A stretch of DNA of 64,000 nucleotides, taken from NCBI RefSeq assembly GCF_009914755.1, contig NC_060930.1; one strand, 5' to 3'. The notes beneath the pieces were generated by a model. That model worked only from the letters and a program-made list of their open reading frames with translations. It ran no database searches and was not told the origin of the DNA. The stretch is from the human T2T-CHM13v2.0 reference genome, Homo sapiens. Both the position numbers and the translations under genes were made by a program. Below are positions 17,286-37,461 of the stretch, piece by piece; positions within the stretch are counted from its first letter, which is position 1, and every line of letters starts with the position of its first letter.

Positions 17286-17928
17286 TTATACGGTAAAAAG
17301 ACAGCAAAAATAGATTTTTGTTCAAAGAAGAAAAGATATACTGCCATTGTTGTGGTTCTGTAGATGATTTTAGTCTCTGGCTCCTCAACTGTGCACTGAA
17401 GTGTAGGTTGATTTCAACCATGGCTTCTCCAGCTTCAGTCATTTATCGAAGCTAAAACCATAGTTTAAAGATACGTGAAAAAACAGAGCAAGTGGAAATT
17501 AAGCTTGATTATGGTCTTTCATGTGTTACTTTTGCTATCCTTGATTGTGTATTTCTGTTGGATCAAACACTCCTATGTTACTGCTTGGCACCATAATGAA
17601 TCAATATATATTCCAAGTGGCAAGAGGTAAGTTGAGAAGGAAGATGAACCAATGCAACAAAATGCGCATAATACAGTGACAATAGTATGGCCAATCAATC
17701 TTGGAAATTACCCACTTGTTTAATTTTGAGCAACATGATCTAGCATTAATGTAATCACACTCTAAATCAGACAATGTAATTATGAAGACTGAGAGAAAAA
17801 TGAGCCTGCAACTGAGGAGAAAGAAGACAAAGACCATGTCCTCTTCCTCTACCTATCAAAAGCTTTAAAATGTTTATTTACTCACACATCCTATTCCTGA
17901 TAATGTTTCAAAAGAAAACAGTAGAAAA

Positions 17929-18571
<643 letters not shown>

Positions 18572-18939
18572 TTACCAAGATGTCATCTATCATATAACAT
18601 GAAATATAGCACAATCATTAAAATACTGCCATTAAAGTGATATTAAACTAATAACATGGGGTAATGTTAAGAAAAAAAGTGAGACATAAAGTTTTGTATA
18701 TGTTGTATGTTAAAAGCTAAAAAAACCAACATAATACATAAAATGTAAGAAAATATACAAAAATGCTAATCCAGATATAGGTAATATTGAATTTTCTCAA
18801 CTTTTTTTGTAGGTTTTGTAAGGACAATTAAAATTTTAAAATAAGAAGCATAATTCTCCCTGCTGAAAATAAAAGATTTTCCTTCTCTTCTTTTTATCAG
18901 AGAATTTATTCTAGAAAGCTTCTAATTTTAAACATAATT

Positions 18940-19282
18940 ATCCTCAGTATCTGTGAGCGATTGGTTCCAGGCTCCCCATGACCCCTGGGATACCAAAATC
19001 CAAAGACGCTCAAGTCTCTTCTATAAAATGGCATAGTATATGCATGTAACTTACACACATCCTCCTGAAGACTTTAAGGCATCTCTAGATTACTTATAAT
19101 ACCTAATACAATGTCTACATATCACTTCCTTTGCATGGACTGAATGTAGTACTTGGTATATGGCAAACTGAAGTTTTGCTTTTTGAAGCTTTGTGGAATG
19201 TTTTTTTTCCCCCCAAATATATTTGATCCATGGTTGATTGAATCCACAGATGCACACTCCTGGATACAGAGAGCCCACTGTA
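18940..19282. mobile_element. MER2 (TcMar-Tigger MITE)
   Basis: GATTGGTTCCAGG...GATACCAAAATCC...CTCAAGTC...ATAAAATGGCATAGTA...GAATCCACAGATGC...CACTGTA. Confidence 0.8.
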
Positions 19283-19329
19283 CTCTCTTGGTTCATTAAA
19301 ATGTGTATAAATCATTTTGAAGACTAGAT

Positions 19330-19856
19330 AGGCCCTTTGTCAGCCCAGGAAGGTCTCTCTCAATAATCTAGGAACAATGCCATTGAAATGTACACAACGA
19401 GGGAGATAGCATCCTTAATCTCCCAGTTTCTGTGGGAGGACAGGAATCTAACTTCAGTGGAAGCCAGGCTCCAGAACTACCTTCTGTCATAAAAATACGA
19501 GAAGTTTGTTTTTCCCCGGACAAGGTCAATTAGCTAACAGGAACGATCTCCTCAATTTCCAGGTAAAGTTAGGATGAATGATGTTTGCAAATAGGGCTGT
19601 CATGTTGTCTTACCTGAGAAATTGTTATTTATCTTGAAAACACGTATGTAATGCGTTGTATCTGCTGGGCGATATAAGGGGGTATGATTACTTTCTGTTT
19701 TTGGAATCTCTTAATGGATTACCTGTGATGTACCTCACATTCTGGCTTAATGTTTATTCAATAATAAAAGTGCTTTCTTTACTACCTTTATGGAGAGAAT
19801 TTCTGGGTTGGGAGAAGATTATCGTTCTAATTATATTTATAATCAAATAAGTTCAC
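19330..19856 (+). mobile_element. ERV1 LTR remnant (MER34-like)
   Basis: CTCCCAGTTTCTGTGGGAGG, TATA-like GATATAAGG, AATAAA, and 3' end CTGGGTTGGGAGAAGATT. Confidence 0.55.
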
Positions 19857-20159
19857 ATTGATATAATGAGCTTTATTATGCTTACAATGGGAAATATACT
19901 TTATAATTATTGCCTTTTTTCCTATTTGATGATTTCTTTACCTTTTCGTTAGCAATAACTATCACCACTTTATTGGTTTATTCTACTCTAAGCTCTAAGC
20001 TCCCTTCCACTTCCAATTCTTTTGACTCACAGACTGTCTGTTCCAGTTTCTTCTCAGCTTCACAACATAGTTTTTAAGTCCGGGAAACACATCTGTACTA
20101 TCTTGTACAACTAGGAACCCTGCTAGTGTCCCATGTAAGTCAACTGAAAGCCTTCCCTA

Positions 20160-20459
<300 letters not shown>

Positions 20460-20643
20460 AGCCTTCCCTATTTTCAAAACAAGGACTTTATCACTAGTTC
20501 TAGTTAGCCCTTCCTTTGGTTTCTGCTTTCTGGTTTTAAACTATTCCTTTTTTTTCTTTTGTTTATCCTTTAATTCTCCCTTGAGTGCTTTGAGCTGCAT
20601 TTTATACTTAATGTGCATAGATTTTGTTATATAATTTAATATT

Positions 20644-20975
20644 CAAACTGGGACACTTTTGAGAGTGAAAAGGTGGGGTAAATAATTACTGGGAAGTTAT
20701 GCTGTAACCAAGACTGTCCTAGGCAAAACTGGATGTATGTAGGCAAAAGAATCTGAGGTTGGGAGTACCTTTGACTCAAAGTAGTGATTTAGTGTAATAA
20801 ACCAATCAAGTGGTTATGAACTGATTGTTAACACAAAGATAGGTAGGTAAAGAGATAGATAAATGCAATATTTGGAGTATTGGAGTATATTTATTTTAAA
20901 ATATTTTTGTTGTTTATCTGAAATTAAAATTTAACTGAAGATTCCATATTCATATTTGTTAAATCTAGTAACCCC
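20644..20975. mobile_element. Small hAT MITE remnants (MER81-like about 20644-20720; MER53-like about 20870-20975)
   Basis: CAAACTGGGACACTTTTGAGAGTGAAA and TTGTTTATCTGAAATTAAAATTTAACTG motifs. Confidence 0.5.
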
Positions 20976-22199
20976 AGATGCATGGTCATCATAAATATGT
21001 TTATTGAAACTGTTTTCCTCAAGGATGGCAATTTCTTATTCATCAGTAGGGTGAATAGCTCAGCATTTACAGTATATTATTTAACATAAGTTAATAGGCT
21101 AAACACCATAAAACTAACAAATAAGGCTTATTAATTTAAATGACTAGAAAGAAATATATTTATACCATAAAAAACATAATTTCTTATTTTTAGGGGAAAA
21201 TTAAGCTAATCTAATTAGGACTCTAAAGGATAAACATAATTTGAATGGCTAAATAAAATAAATCATATTGTCTATATCTTTAAAATTTTTTTTTCTCTTT
21301 TCATATATCTGTTCTCATAAACATTTTGAATAGAAAATACAAAAATATTATTACCATATAAAAGTGATCTCATTACTTTTTTGGCATTCTACAATATAGT
21401 AACTTTTTCCACTACAGTCAAAAGATGCCTATTTGCCAGTAAGTCTTCTAGAATTCTCAAAATTTTCTTTCTCTTTCTCTTGGCTGTAACAGTTCACAAG
21501 TACAATGAAAGACTAAGTCAGATGGCTGGCGTTGGTGACTCACTTCCTCCCCCTTTTGGTAGTTTAGCTAGACACCCGTCTGAGTCAGCTTAACCAAAGA
21601 ACAAACAAGCAGATACAGTGCCTGAGTTCTGGGGCTCCCCCTTTGTCACAAGGCTGTTTTCAGTGTCCCATGGCATTGTTAAAGAAAGCTCTCCTTGTTA
21701 CATTGTCACAATGAAGTAGCCTACCCCTCTTACTCTATCAATATGTAGAGTGGTAGTACCAGGTGAGGCATTCCTAGAACTCCTTCCAGGAAGCATCCAG
21801 ATCCCCCTTCTTCAGCATGTCTCTCTGCAAGATAACACAAGCCAATGGGATGGTGTGTGCTTTGCTGTTTTCACTGCCGATATATTTGCTATATTCCCCA
21901 GGACACCCACTTTACTTTTATGCCTATGATTGCTAATTTTGTGTGTGTGTGTTTGTGTTGTGCTCCCATTACATGACATATACTGTCTGAATTAGGTGAA
22001 GATGGCAGTGGTGTAATTTCAGACCAGAGCTGCCTTTTAATTGGACTTTTATGAGACACAAAGGGCTTTTTACCCCATGTCCAGACTGAAATAAAAAATT
22101 TCAATCACTTCATTACAATAATTTGTAAGTCATTCTTTTCATTCTGAAAAATCTCCCTTTGCACTTTATAACATTTCAGAAAGTAGAACTGTTTTCATT

Positions 22200-23522
<1,323 letters not shown>

Positions 23523-24314
23523 TAAGATTTAAATAATTATGGAATCTTTGTTAAATAAGCATGAAAATTTTAGAATGTAAATTTCAGAGTTAGAAAAGAA
23601 ATATTAGGTAAGTGAACATATTTACTGGTTTTGTAAATTATTTTAGGAGGACCTGGGTTACAGGCACTTGCTTAAGGCACATATGTGAAATAAAACTTAA
23701 GGAATAGCCCTCAATGCTTCATGAATCTCCTATCCTTCCCCTTTCCTCTTTGGAATGGGTTGAGTACTTTTATGGTGAAAGTCTTATTCCTTGCTCTTTT
23801 CCTTCATATGACAAATTAATATCCTGAGCATAATATTAAAAAAAAGCAAACCAAACCTGTTTATTCTCTGCTCTGGCAGTTTGACATTTCTGGGTAGTAC
23901 CCTCTGCCAAGTTGAGCTATAAATCCTCTGTGTTGATTTTACTGAGAGCTGTAAGTAAATGATACTTCTATATTTGGGGGATAATTTTATTTTGCTTTAA
24001 AATATTGAAATAAACAGAAAATCACCCAACAGACACTATCTTCTATCATTTTTCCTATAGTTTAAGGCATTTTAAAATCAAATGTTATTTTCGAATATGT
24101 TCTGCAGAAACACTTGGATTTTCCCCACTTGCCTTTACATACTTTGCTGTGTGTGATCAGGGCTGGGACATTACAAATTATATTTCCTTGGCTCCTTTGG
24201 TACTGGCAGAAGATCAGAAGAATAAAGGAAAAGAGAAGCTTCTGGTTTCTAGCATATACCAGTGGGAAATACTGGTAGTTGTTGTTATGGCATTGGAAGT
24301 CAGATGATTTCACA

Positions 24315-24617
<303 letters not shown>

Positions 24618-26026
24618 GATTTCACACTTTCAAATTGAAGCAGAACTTTTCCATGTGAAATGGTTCTTATTCAGTGTTCCAGAATCAGCCAACAGTGCAG
24701 CATCAGGTGTGTGTTCCAGGCCAGGATCATTAGCAGTTTCTAATCTCTAGGTATTATTTCCACTTCCTTCTTGCTCCCCTGTCTCCCATCATCATTTTGT
24801 TCTTCTAGATATTTTAGTACCTTTGTTTCCAATTTCCTGTTGTAATGTGTTTAAATTCTTAGTGTTTCTCTGTTTTCCTAACTGGACTGTGACTGATAAA
24901 AGTACTGATGAAAAGCCACTAGAAATCCTACACTACAAACAGAACATATGTCTTTGACACCAGAAGAAAGAGGCACCTCAAAAATGATGCTCCTTTTCTA
25001 AGAACGTATAGCGTTTCACAAAAGAATGAGGAACTACATTCATGTTTCTGAAATGAAAATGGGAGTGGTGTGTCATATTTTAAGCTCAACACAACTTCCT
25101 GGAATGTAAATTTTACTTGAAAATTTGTATTTAAAGGACAATATTTATTTCAATCTTGAAATTTTTGGGGCAGATGATTTTACTAGTGAATTCTACCAAA
25201 GATTTAAAGAAAAGTTGATAATTTTACTAGTTTAAAATCCTTTACAAACTCTTCAAAAAATAGGAGGGGGGAACACTTCACAACTCATTCTGTGAGGTCA
25301 ATATTACCCTCATAACAAAGCCAGACAAAGACATCACAAAAAATAAAACTAGAGACAGTACATATATATTCATATATATGTAAAAAATGTCAACAAAACA
25401 TTATCAAACTGAAGCCATCAACATATACAAAGGATTATACCATAACCAAGTGGGATTTATCACAGGAATGCAACATTGGTTTAATACATGAAATCATTCC
25501 ATGTAATACACTGTATCAGTAGAATAAAAGACAAAATTAACATGATCACCTCAACAGATGCAAAATAAGATTTTGGTAAAATCCAACCCCCTTTTATGTT
25601 TAAAATACTCAACTAACCAGAAATACAAGGAAACATTTTCAAACTGATAAAGATCCATGAAAAACCTACAGTAAACTTCATAACTAATGGTGGAAGACTG
25701 AATTCTTCCCCCTAATATTAGGAATAAGACAAGGATATCCACTCTTGCTACTTCTATTCAACTTTGTGCTAGATGTTCTATGTCAATTAGTGCAGAAAAT
25801 GAAGAAAAGGTACCCAGATTAGATGGAAACTAGTAAAACTCTATTTGCAGATGTCATATTGTCGTATGTAAAAGATCCTAAGGAACCCTGCACAGAAAAA
25901 TATTAGCACAAATGAGTTAATTCAGCAAGACTGCAGGCAACAAAGTCAATATACAAAATACATTGTAATATGAAATCAAGAAAAATATTCAACTTATAAT
26001 AGCATCAGCAAATTAAATACTTAGGA

Positions 26027-27314
<1,288 letters not shown>

Positions 27315-28367
27315 TTAAAGTACTAACATATCAACAATTACTTTAAATGTAAATGATGTAATTACACCAATTAAAAGAGATTGGCACTATGGGTTTAAAA
27401 AATGAGCCAAGTTTATGTTGTCTACAACAAACTAACTTCAAATACAACAATGTAAGTAGGTTGAAAGTAAACAGATGGAAAAAGGTATGTACACATTAAT
27501 TTAAAAAGAGCAGAAGTGGATATATTAATGTGAGATAAACTAGAAGTCAGAGAAAAGAAAGTTACCAAGCACAAAGGGAGATTATATAATGATAAAAGGT
27601 CAATACACAAAGGAGACATAGAAACTGACTTCAAAATACATGAAGCAAAAATTGATAGAACCTAATCCAAAATTATATTTGAGGATGTTAACACCACTCT
27701 CTCAACAGTTGATAGCAGGACTAGATAGAAGATCATCAAAGATATAGAAGACAGAACTACACAACCAACGAACAGGATCTAATAGAAATATACAGAACAC
27801 TACACATCGAAAAGGAAAAACACATTCTTTTCAAGTGCTCATGAAACATTCATTGATACAGATTATATCCCAAGAAACTAGAAGAAAAATTAGCAAAATT
27901 GGCCCAAAGCAAATTGAAGAAATGAAATAATAAAGAGCAGAGATCACTGGAATTGAAAACAGAAAGTAGAGAAAATCAATGAAACAAAAAGCTGGTTATT
28001 TGGAAAGATCAACGAAATGAATAAACTTCTAGCAAGACTGATGAATATTAAAAAGTAGAAGACACAAATTAGCAATATAAAAAACAAAACAAGCAATATC
28101 TTTACACATTATGCAGCTGTTAAAATGATATAAAGGAAGCACTATAAACAGCTCTGCATATACAAATACAGCAATTTAGATGAAATGGACCAAATCCTCT
28201 GAAAAGTCAAACTACCAAACATCCAACCTGAATGTCATGATCTAATTAACCTAACAATTCCAAAAAAATTGAATCTGTAGTCTAAAAATATTTTAAAAAG
28301 ACATCTCCAGGTTCATATTATTTCACTGGAGAATACTACCAAATATTTAAGTAAGAATTAGTATTAA

Positions 28368-28861
<494 letters not shown>

Positions 28862-29050
28862 TGAATCTAGTGGTGTGTGTATATATATGATATTATATAT
28901 AAATGATATTTTATACATATTAATATATATAATTAATATATATGTAAAATGACCAAGTAGGATTTGTTCCAGAAATACAAGGCTGGTTCAATATTAAAAG
29001 TTAATAAATATATCTGTAAGATAATAACAAAAGATCCATTTATATCACTA

Positions 29051-29960
29051 TGTGTCCGGAATTGGTTCCTTCCGGTGGGTTCTTGGTCTCGCTGACTTCA
29101 AGAATGAAGCTGCAGACTCTCGCGGTGAGTGTTACAGTTCTTAAAGATGGTGTGTCCAGAGTTTGTTCCTTCAGATGTTCAGATGTGTCTGGAGTTTCTT
29201 CCTTCCGTGGGTTTGTGGTCTCGCTTGACTTCAGGAGTGAAGCCGCAGACCTTCGCAGTGAGCGTTACAGCTCTTAAAGGTGGTGCACTCACAGTTGTTT
29301 GTTCTTCATGGTGGGTTCATGGTCTCCCTGACGTCAGGAGAGAAGCTGCAGACCTTAGCAGTGAGCGTTAGAGCTTATAAAAGTAGTGTGGACCCAAACA
29401 GTGAGCAGCAGCAAGATTTATTGTGAAGAGCGAAAGAACACAGTTTCCACAATGTGGAAGGTGACCCAACCAGGTTGAGGCTGCTGGCCCCAGTAGCCAG
29501 CTTTTATTCCCTTATTTGGCTCTGCCCACGTCCTGCTGATTGGTCCATTTTACAGAGTGCTGATTGGTCCATTTTACAGAGTGATGATTGGTCCGTTTTT
29601 ACAGAGTGCTGATTGGTGCATTTACAAACCTTTAGCTAGACACAGAGCACTGATTGGTGCATTTTTACAGAGTGCTGATTGGTCCGTTTTTACAGCGTGC
29701 TGATTGTGCGTTTACAAACCTTTAGCTAGACACAGAGCACTGATTGGTGCGTTTTTACAGAGTGCTGATTGGTGCGTTTACAAACCTTTAGCTAGACAAA
29801 GAGTGCTGATTGGTGCGTTTTTACAGAGTGCTGATTGGAGCATTTACAAACCTTTAGCTAGGCACAGAGTGCTGATTAGTGTGTTTACAATCCTTTAGCT
29901 AGGCAGAAAAGTTCTCCAAGTCCTCACCAGACCCAGAAGCCCAGCCAACTTCACCTCTCA
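29051..29960 (-). mobile_element. Solo LTR12 (ERV9 family LTR)
   Basis: Minus strand starts TGAGAGGTGAAG and ends CCGGACACA; 4-bp TSD ACTA at 29047-29050 and 29961-29964; tandem CCAATCAGCACTCTG repeats. Confidence 0.93.
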
Positions 29961-30400
29961 ACTAGAGTCCTAGAAAATAAGCCTGGGTACTAAAGATTAT
30001 TCAAAGAAATAATGGCTGAAAACTTCCCAAAGTTAGTGAAAGAAATAAACCTACCAGTTCAAAATATTGAGTGAAACTCAAACAAGATAAACTTATTAAA
30101 GAAATCTATGCCAAGACATATCATAATGAAACTTCTGAGAGCTAAATAAAAACAAAACAAAATGAAATAAAATCTTAGAACACACTGTAGAGAAGCACTA
30201 CATTATCTATGGAGGGAAATTATTAAAGTGTTTTTTTATCTGAACCTATGAAAGCAAGGAGAAAGTGGTACAATGGTGTTCTGGTTTCAACCTCAGTAAA
30301 AATATCCACTGGAAGGAAGTAGAAATAAAGACATTCTCAGATGAAAGTAACCTAAGAAATTTCTTGCCAGAAGAACTACCCTTAAAAAATGTCTAAAAGG

Positions 30401-30726
<326 letters not shown>

Positions 30727-31453
30727 CTAAAAGTATGTTTTCTAAGGAGAAAGGAAACAATAACAGAAGGAGGCTGGGATTTCAGGAGGAAGGAATTTAA
30801 AAAGGAAATGGGTAAAAATAGGGGTAAAAATAATAGACAATATTTTTGTCTCATGAGTTTTTAAACCGTGTTTGAAGTTGAAATGAGAATTATAACATCA
30901 TCTGATATGGTGCTTAAAATACGTAGAGAAAATATTGAAAACATTTATATTTAAAAGCATGGTGAGTAAAAGGATCTAAATAAAGCTATGGTTCCTACAT
31001 TTCCCTCAAAGTGATAAGATGTTGATACTAGTAGACTGTAACATGCAATGTCTGAACATTGTAATGAGAGCATCCATTAAAAACTATACAAAGAGATACA
31101 TTGAGAAACACTCTCGATAAACCAAAGTAGTGTTCTAAAATATTTGAAGAGAATAAGAAATGGGAAAAAGAGGAATAAGAATGAGAAAAAAATGAAACTC
31201 AACCTAAACTTCACAACTTAAAGAAATTAACTCAAAATGGATCATAGATTTAAGTGTAAAATATAAAACCATAAAACTTTTAGAATATGATATAGGAGAA
31301 AATCTTTGGGACCTAGGGCAAGGTGAAAGGTTCTCAGATTTGACACTAGAAACATGATTCATAAGTGAAAAAAATTAATAAATTGGACTTCATTAAATTA
31401 AAAACTTTTTCCCCACAAAACACTGTGTGAAGAGATTGAAAAGACAAACTACA

Positions 31454-31761
31454 GGCCGGGCACGGTGGCTCACACCTGTAATCCCAGCACTTTGGGAGGC
31501 CGAGGAGGGCGGATCACCAGGTCAGGAGATTGAGACCATCCTGGCTAACACGGTGAAACCCCGTCTCTACTAAAAATACAAAAAATTAGCTGGGCGTGGT
31601 GGCGGGCGCCTGTAGTCCCAGCTACTCAGGAGGCTGAGGCAGGAGAATGGCGTGAACCCGGGGGGCGGAACTTGGCAGTGAGCGGAGATTGCGCCACTAC
31701 ACTCCAGCCTGGGCGACAGAGCAAGACTCCGTCTCAAAAAAAAAAAGAAAAGAAAAGAAAA
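31454..31761 (+). mobile_element. AluY
   Basis: TSD AAAAGACA(A/G)ACTACA. Confidence 0.9.
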
Positions 31762-34026
31762 GACAGACTACAGTTTGGAATAAAATAACTGCAGGTCACA
31801 TATCTGACAAAGGCCTTCTATCAAGAATCTATAAAGAACTCTCAAAGCTCAACATTAAAAAAAATCCCGTTTGGAAATTGGCAAAAGAAATGTAAAAGCA
31901 TTTTGTCAAAAATGACACATGAATTGCATGCAAATGAGCACATTTAAAGATGTTCAACATCATTAGCCATTAGAAAATGCAAATTAAAACCACAATGAGA
32001 TAATACTATATATCTGTCAGAACATCTAAAACACAAAATAATTATATAGTTGGCCCTCCATAAGCGAGATTTCTCATTTTATGTAAGGGACTTGAACATC
32101 AGTGGATATGGTATCAGTCAGAGGAGGAGTCCTGGAAACAATCTTCTGTGAATAGGAAAGGCAGACTGTCATAACAAATATTAGTGAGGATGTGGAGAAA
32201 CTGGATTTCTCCTACATTGCTGTTGGGAATGGAAAATGGTGCAGTCACTCTGAAAAATAGTCTGCCAGATTTTACAAACCTAAACATGTAGTTATAGTAC
32301 AGCCAGGAATTATTTTTTGGGCATTTATCCCAGAGAAATTAAAACATGTTCACACAAAACATTTGAATGTTAAGAACAGTTTATATAGTAAAATACTGGA
32401 AATTACACAAATGTCTTTAAATGAGTATATGGATGAAAAAGCTCTGGTACATCCATGCAGTAGAATACTACTCAGCAATAAAAAGTAATGAACTATTGAT
32501 ACTATGTAATGATCTGAATGAACTCCAAGGGCATTTTGGTTACTGAAAAAAGTTAATTTCAAAATATTACATACTGTATGATTCTATTCATATAATACCC
32601 TCAAAAAGACAAAACTACAGAGACGGAGAACAGATCAGTGGCTGCCAGGACACAGGAACAGGTGTAGTGGGGAAGGGGGACACAAAGAGGTAGTAGAAGG
32701 GAGTTCTTTTGTGGTGCTAAAGAAATCTGTATTTTGACTATAGTGGTGATTACACAAATTTTGCATGGAGAAGGGTGCACAGAGACACACGCACACACGC
32801 ACACAATGAATGCAGATTTTTAACCACTAATATGTTAATCTTTATTTCCCAGTTTTGATTTTGTACTACAGTGATATAAGATATCATCATCAGAGGAAGC
32901 TGAGTGAAGGTTGCATGGGACTTTTCTATTTTTACAACCTCCCATGAGTTTATTCTCAGTTCATAACAAAAAGTTTAAAAAATGTGTTTGGAATATGCCA
33001 ACTCAATGAACCTAAGAAAATGTTATTTTCTTTGTTGGTGAATATTGTGTTGCTTTTATTTAAGCCTGGAAAGCATAAATTTTTATGTGCAATTGCTGAT
33101 TAGAAAATTTGGCACTTCTGTACTTGGAGAATAAAGTGGCATTAACATTGCCTCCCAAACAGTTGATTTGGGCAAGCTGCTAGAGGAAGAACAGTGTGTG
33201 CTGAGGTTGCTCATGGCACTGGCTACCAAAGTAAAAGAGCTGAAAATTGTGATGTCTTCATGTAAACTCAGAGACCCATACAGCCAGTATTTTGATAAAT
33301 TATTTTGCTACTGCAGGAATCACTGTTTTAGATTACACCCCACCAGAAGTCATTGATTCCAAAAGAGCTTAAAAGTTTCTAAGTTACTCTCATTGTAAAC
33401 TTTGTTTACAAGCAAGTGATTCCAATTAGCTCTACATCCTACTAATAGCAGATAAGTATCACCCGTGCCACCCACTAAATATTCTGTTTTGTGTGTATAG
33501 TTACCATTTTTTCCATTTACACATTTAAAGTGTAATAATTTTAAAATTATATTTCCAACGGGAAACACATATTGTGATTTAATACAGAAAGTTTGAATCA
33601 TAAATTTGATATTGGGTAAAATAGGAAAGACAATTTAAAAATTTTAGTACAATTAGAAATCCGCAAAGATTGGAGAGATGAGACTTTCCCAAAGAAATTG
33701 ATGGCGAAAAATATCACAGACAATTCTCTTTACTACTGGTAGTAGGTGGATGCCATCTAAAAATAGTAGATATACTCAGAGGCATATTTAAGATAGCTTT
33801 AATACTGTGTAACTGCCAAAGGTTTGATCCTTTATATCTTTCAGTGGATAAAATCCTGAGAATAATTACATAAATCTTCATTGTTTTTTGTGGGTAACAT
33901 AAAAATAAACTGTTCAAACAACGAGAAAACATTGTATTAACAAAAGAAAAAAATATTCGCTAGGAATGAAAACCACAATTGAAAAGCCAAAATTACTTGA
34001 TAATTAACTTAAAGTCTATTTACAAT

Positions 34027-34049
34027 AACAACAACAACAACAACAACAA
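34027..34049. repeat. (AAC)n microsatellite
   Basis: Read directly. Confidence 0.85.
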
Positions 34050-34128
34050 ACCCCAGTCAAAAAAAATTGGTAAATTCCACACTGAAGTTAAGGTCAAACT
34101 TGTGTGGAGCTTAACAATAAACTGGTAA

Positions 34129-34450
34129 AGGCCAGGCGCGGTGGCTCACGCCTGTTATCTCAGCACTTTGGGAGGCCGAGGCGGGGCGGATCACGAGGTC
34201 AGGAGATCGAGACCATCCTGGCTAACACGGTGAAACCCCGTCTGTACTAAAAGTACAAAAAAAAAAAAAAAATTAGCCAGGCGTGGTGGCAGGCGCCTGT
34301 AGTCCTGGCTACTCGGGAGGCTGAGGCAGGAGAATGGCGTGAACCCGGGAAGCGGAGCTTTCAGTGAGCAGAGACGGCGCCACGGCACTCCAGCCTGGGC
34401 GACAGAGCTAGAGTCCATCTCAAAAAAATAAAAAAATAGAAAATAAAAAA
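34129..34450 (+). mobile_element. AluY
   Basis: TSD AATAAACTGGTAAAG. Confidence 0.9.
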
Positions 34451-34859
34451 TAAACTGGTAAAGTGAAAAAGCCATACCTATTAAATGATACCCAAGGAAA
34501 CAATTCGAACATTGAAGAAGGATAACCTGGAATGATTGGCTGAGAGATGAATCATAACCTTGCTATTTAGTTTACATTGGAAATAATGGACAATAATAAT
34601 TTAGGAATGTAGTTATTGATCTTTGTCTACTAATTTTAAAAGGATAATTTATACTGAAATAACTGGTAAAGATAATTTTTAAAGATATTTGAGATTAAAA
34701 AAATGAATGTAATAACACATATAGATGGGTGTATGCATGGAAACAAATCTGTGATGCTGACATTGGCGGGAAAGGTAGCATTTCTGTATCCTGCGTGAAT
34801 CAGCAGCGCTGCAGTCACTCACTAATAATATCTCCTCTCAAAGAGTTTGTCTCTTGGTT

Positions 34860-35628
<769 letters not shown>

Positions 35629-36533
35629 TCAATTATTGGAATTACTCTTTTTAAAGTGGAGAACTGAAAAACTTTTCATGACAATGCCTGAAACATAGGT
35701 TAAAATGACTAATTATTGTTTTGCCTAATGGTAAACTGGTTCTCAAAGTTGGCTTATTCAGCCAAGATATTTTAAGGGTAACTTCTCTGTGAAAGTGAAA
35801 TTGTGAAAGCTTTCATTGGTGAATTACATTTCACTTTTAATTCTGTGCAATAAGATTGCAACAGAATTAAAGTGTGAGAGCTGTGAAGAGTTTTATTGAC
35901 AATAAAATTTTGAACACTTAATTCAACTACATAAAATTAAAGTCTAGGTAATTTGTTATTTTTCCTCCTTCAAAAAGGCCCTTCAACTATTGTTTTCCTA
36001 AGACAATGGAAGAGACAGCCTTATGATATTTCACATGATGCAAGTCCTTTGACCTTTTGTTATTAATTTAATTAATAATAAAATTAATTTTAAGCCTCTT
36101 AAATATTTATTTAACAGGATTAAAATCTTTAATTCTTCTTTAATTCTGTTAAATAAGAGAATTTCTACCAGCGGTCATCTGAAATATTACAGTATGCTAT
36201 CTCTTTAGTAGTATTCTGGTCATCTTGTCTTAGTGATTGTATTATAAAATTTTCAAAACAACAAGAAAACAGTTCAATTTGTATGCACATTTTTCAGTGG
36301 ATTCAGATTCTCAAAATATGCTGACACCAGAACAGAAATTACTGTACCATATATATTCAGGTCAGCTCAAGTTTTTGAAATAAGTAAATTTAGTGCAGCA
36401 AAAATTAGGCATGTGCAGCAAAAAGTCTGCACTCTTAATCCAGCTGTGACTAAACGAGGAGTCAGAGAAGAAAAACTTTTTTTTTTTTTGCTGATAACAA
36501 GTAATTAAAATATTTACAAATTTAATGAATTCA

Positions 36534-37153
36534 CTGTTCTCCTAAGCAGCCTGAGGTGATCTATGAAAACGGTTTGCTATTCACTTGACCCAGAAAACTC
36601 CACAAAATCATGCCAACCAACAGGTTCAAATCTTTGTGTTCATTTTAAGAACACTCGTGAGTCTGCCCAGGCCATCAAGGGTATGCACATACAAAAAGCC
36701 ACTAAATATGTCACTTTATAGAAACAGTGTTCACTATTCTAATGTTACAAGGGTGGAGTTGATAAGTGTGTCCAGGACAAACAGTGGGGTTGGACACAGG
36801 GTCAGTGGTCCAAAAAGAGTGCTGAATTTTTGCTGCATGTGCTTAAAAATGCAGAATTATGCTGAGTGAACTTAAGGTTGTAGACAGAGATTCTCTGGTC
36901 ATCGAGCATATCCAGGTGAACAAAGCACTCAGGATGCGCCGCTGGACTTACAGAGCTCATGGTCTGATTAAATCCATACCTTAACTCCCCTGCCACACTG
37001 AGATAATCCTTACACAAAAGAAACAGATTGTTCCTAAACCGGAAGAGGTGGATCCACCGGAGAAAAAGAGATCCCAGAAGAAACTGAAGAAACAAAAACT
37101 TATGGTGTGAGAATAATAAAATAAAATACATGCAAACAAAAGTTAAAAAAAAA
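36534..37153 (+). pseudogene. Processed pseudogene of ribosomal protein RPL17 (uL22)
   Basis: Intronless. RPL17-like leader CCTAAGCAGCCTGAGGTGATCT, start mutated to ACG (36569). Recognisable peptides [60 protein letters not shown]. Disablements include a 9-nt LKD deletion and in-frame TAG at 36719-36721. A-rich tail near 37145-37153. Confidence 0.95.
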
Positions 37154-37162
37154 TCTTGTTAA

Positions 37163-37461
<299 letters not shown>

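Noticed and set aside
29535-29900. Regularly spaced repeats resembling a CRISPR array
   Set aside because: They are the internal CCAAT tandem repeats of LTR12, with no unique spacers, in eukaryotic DNA.
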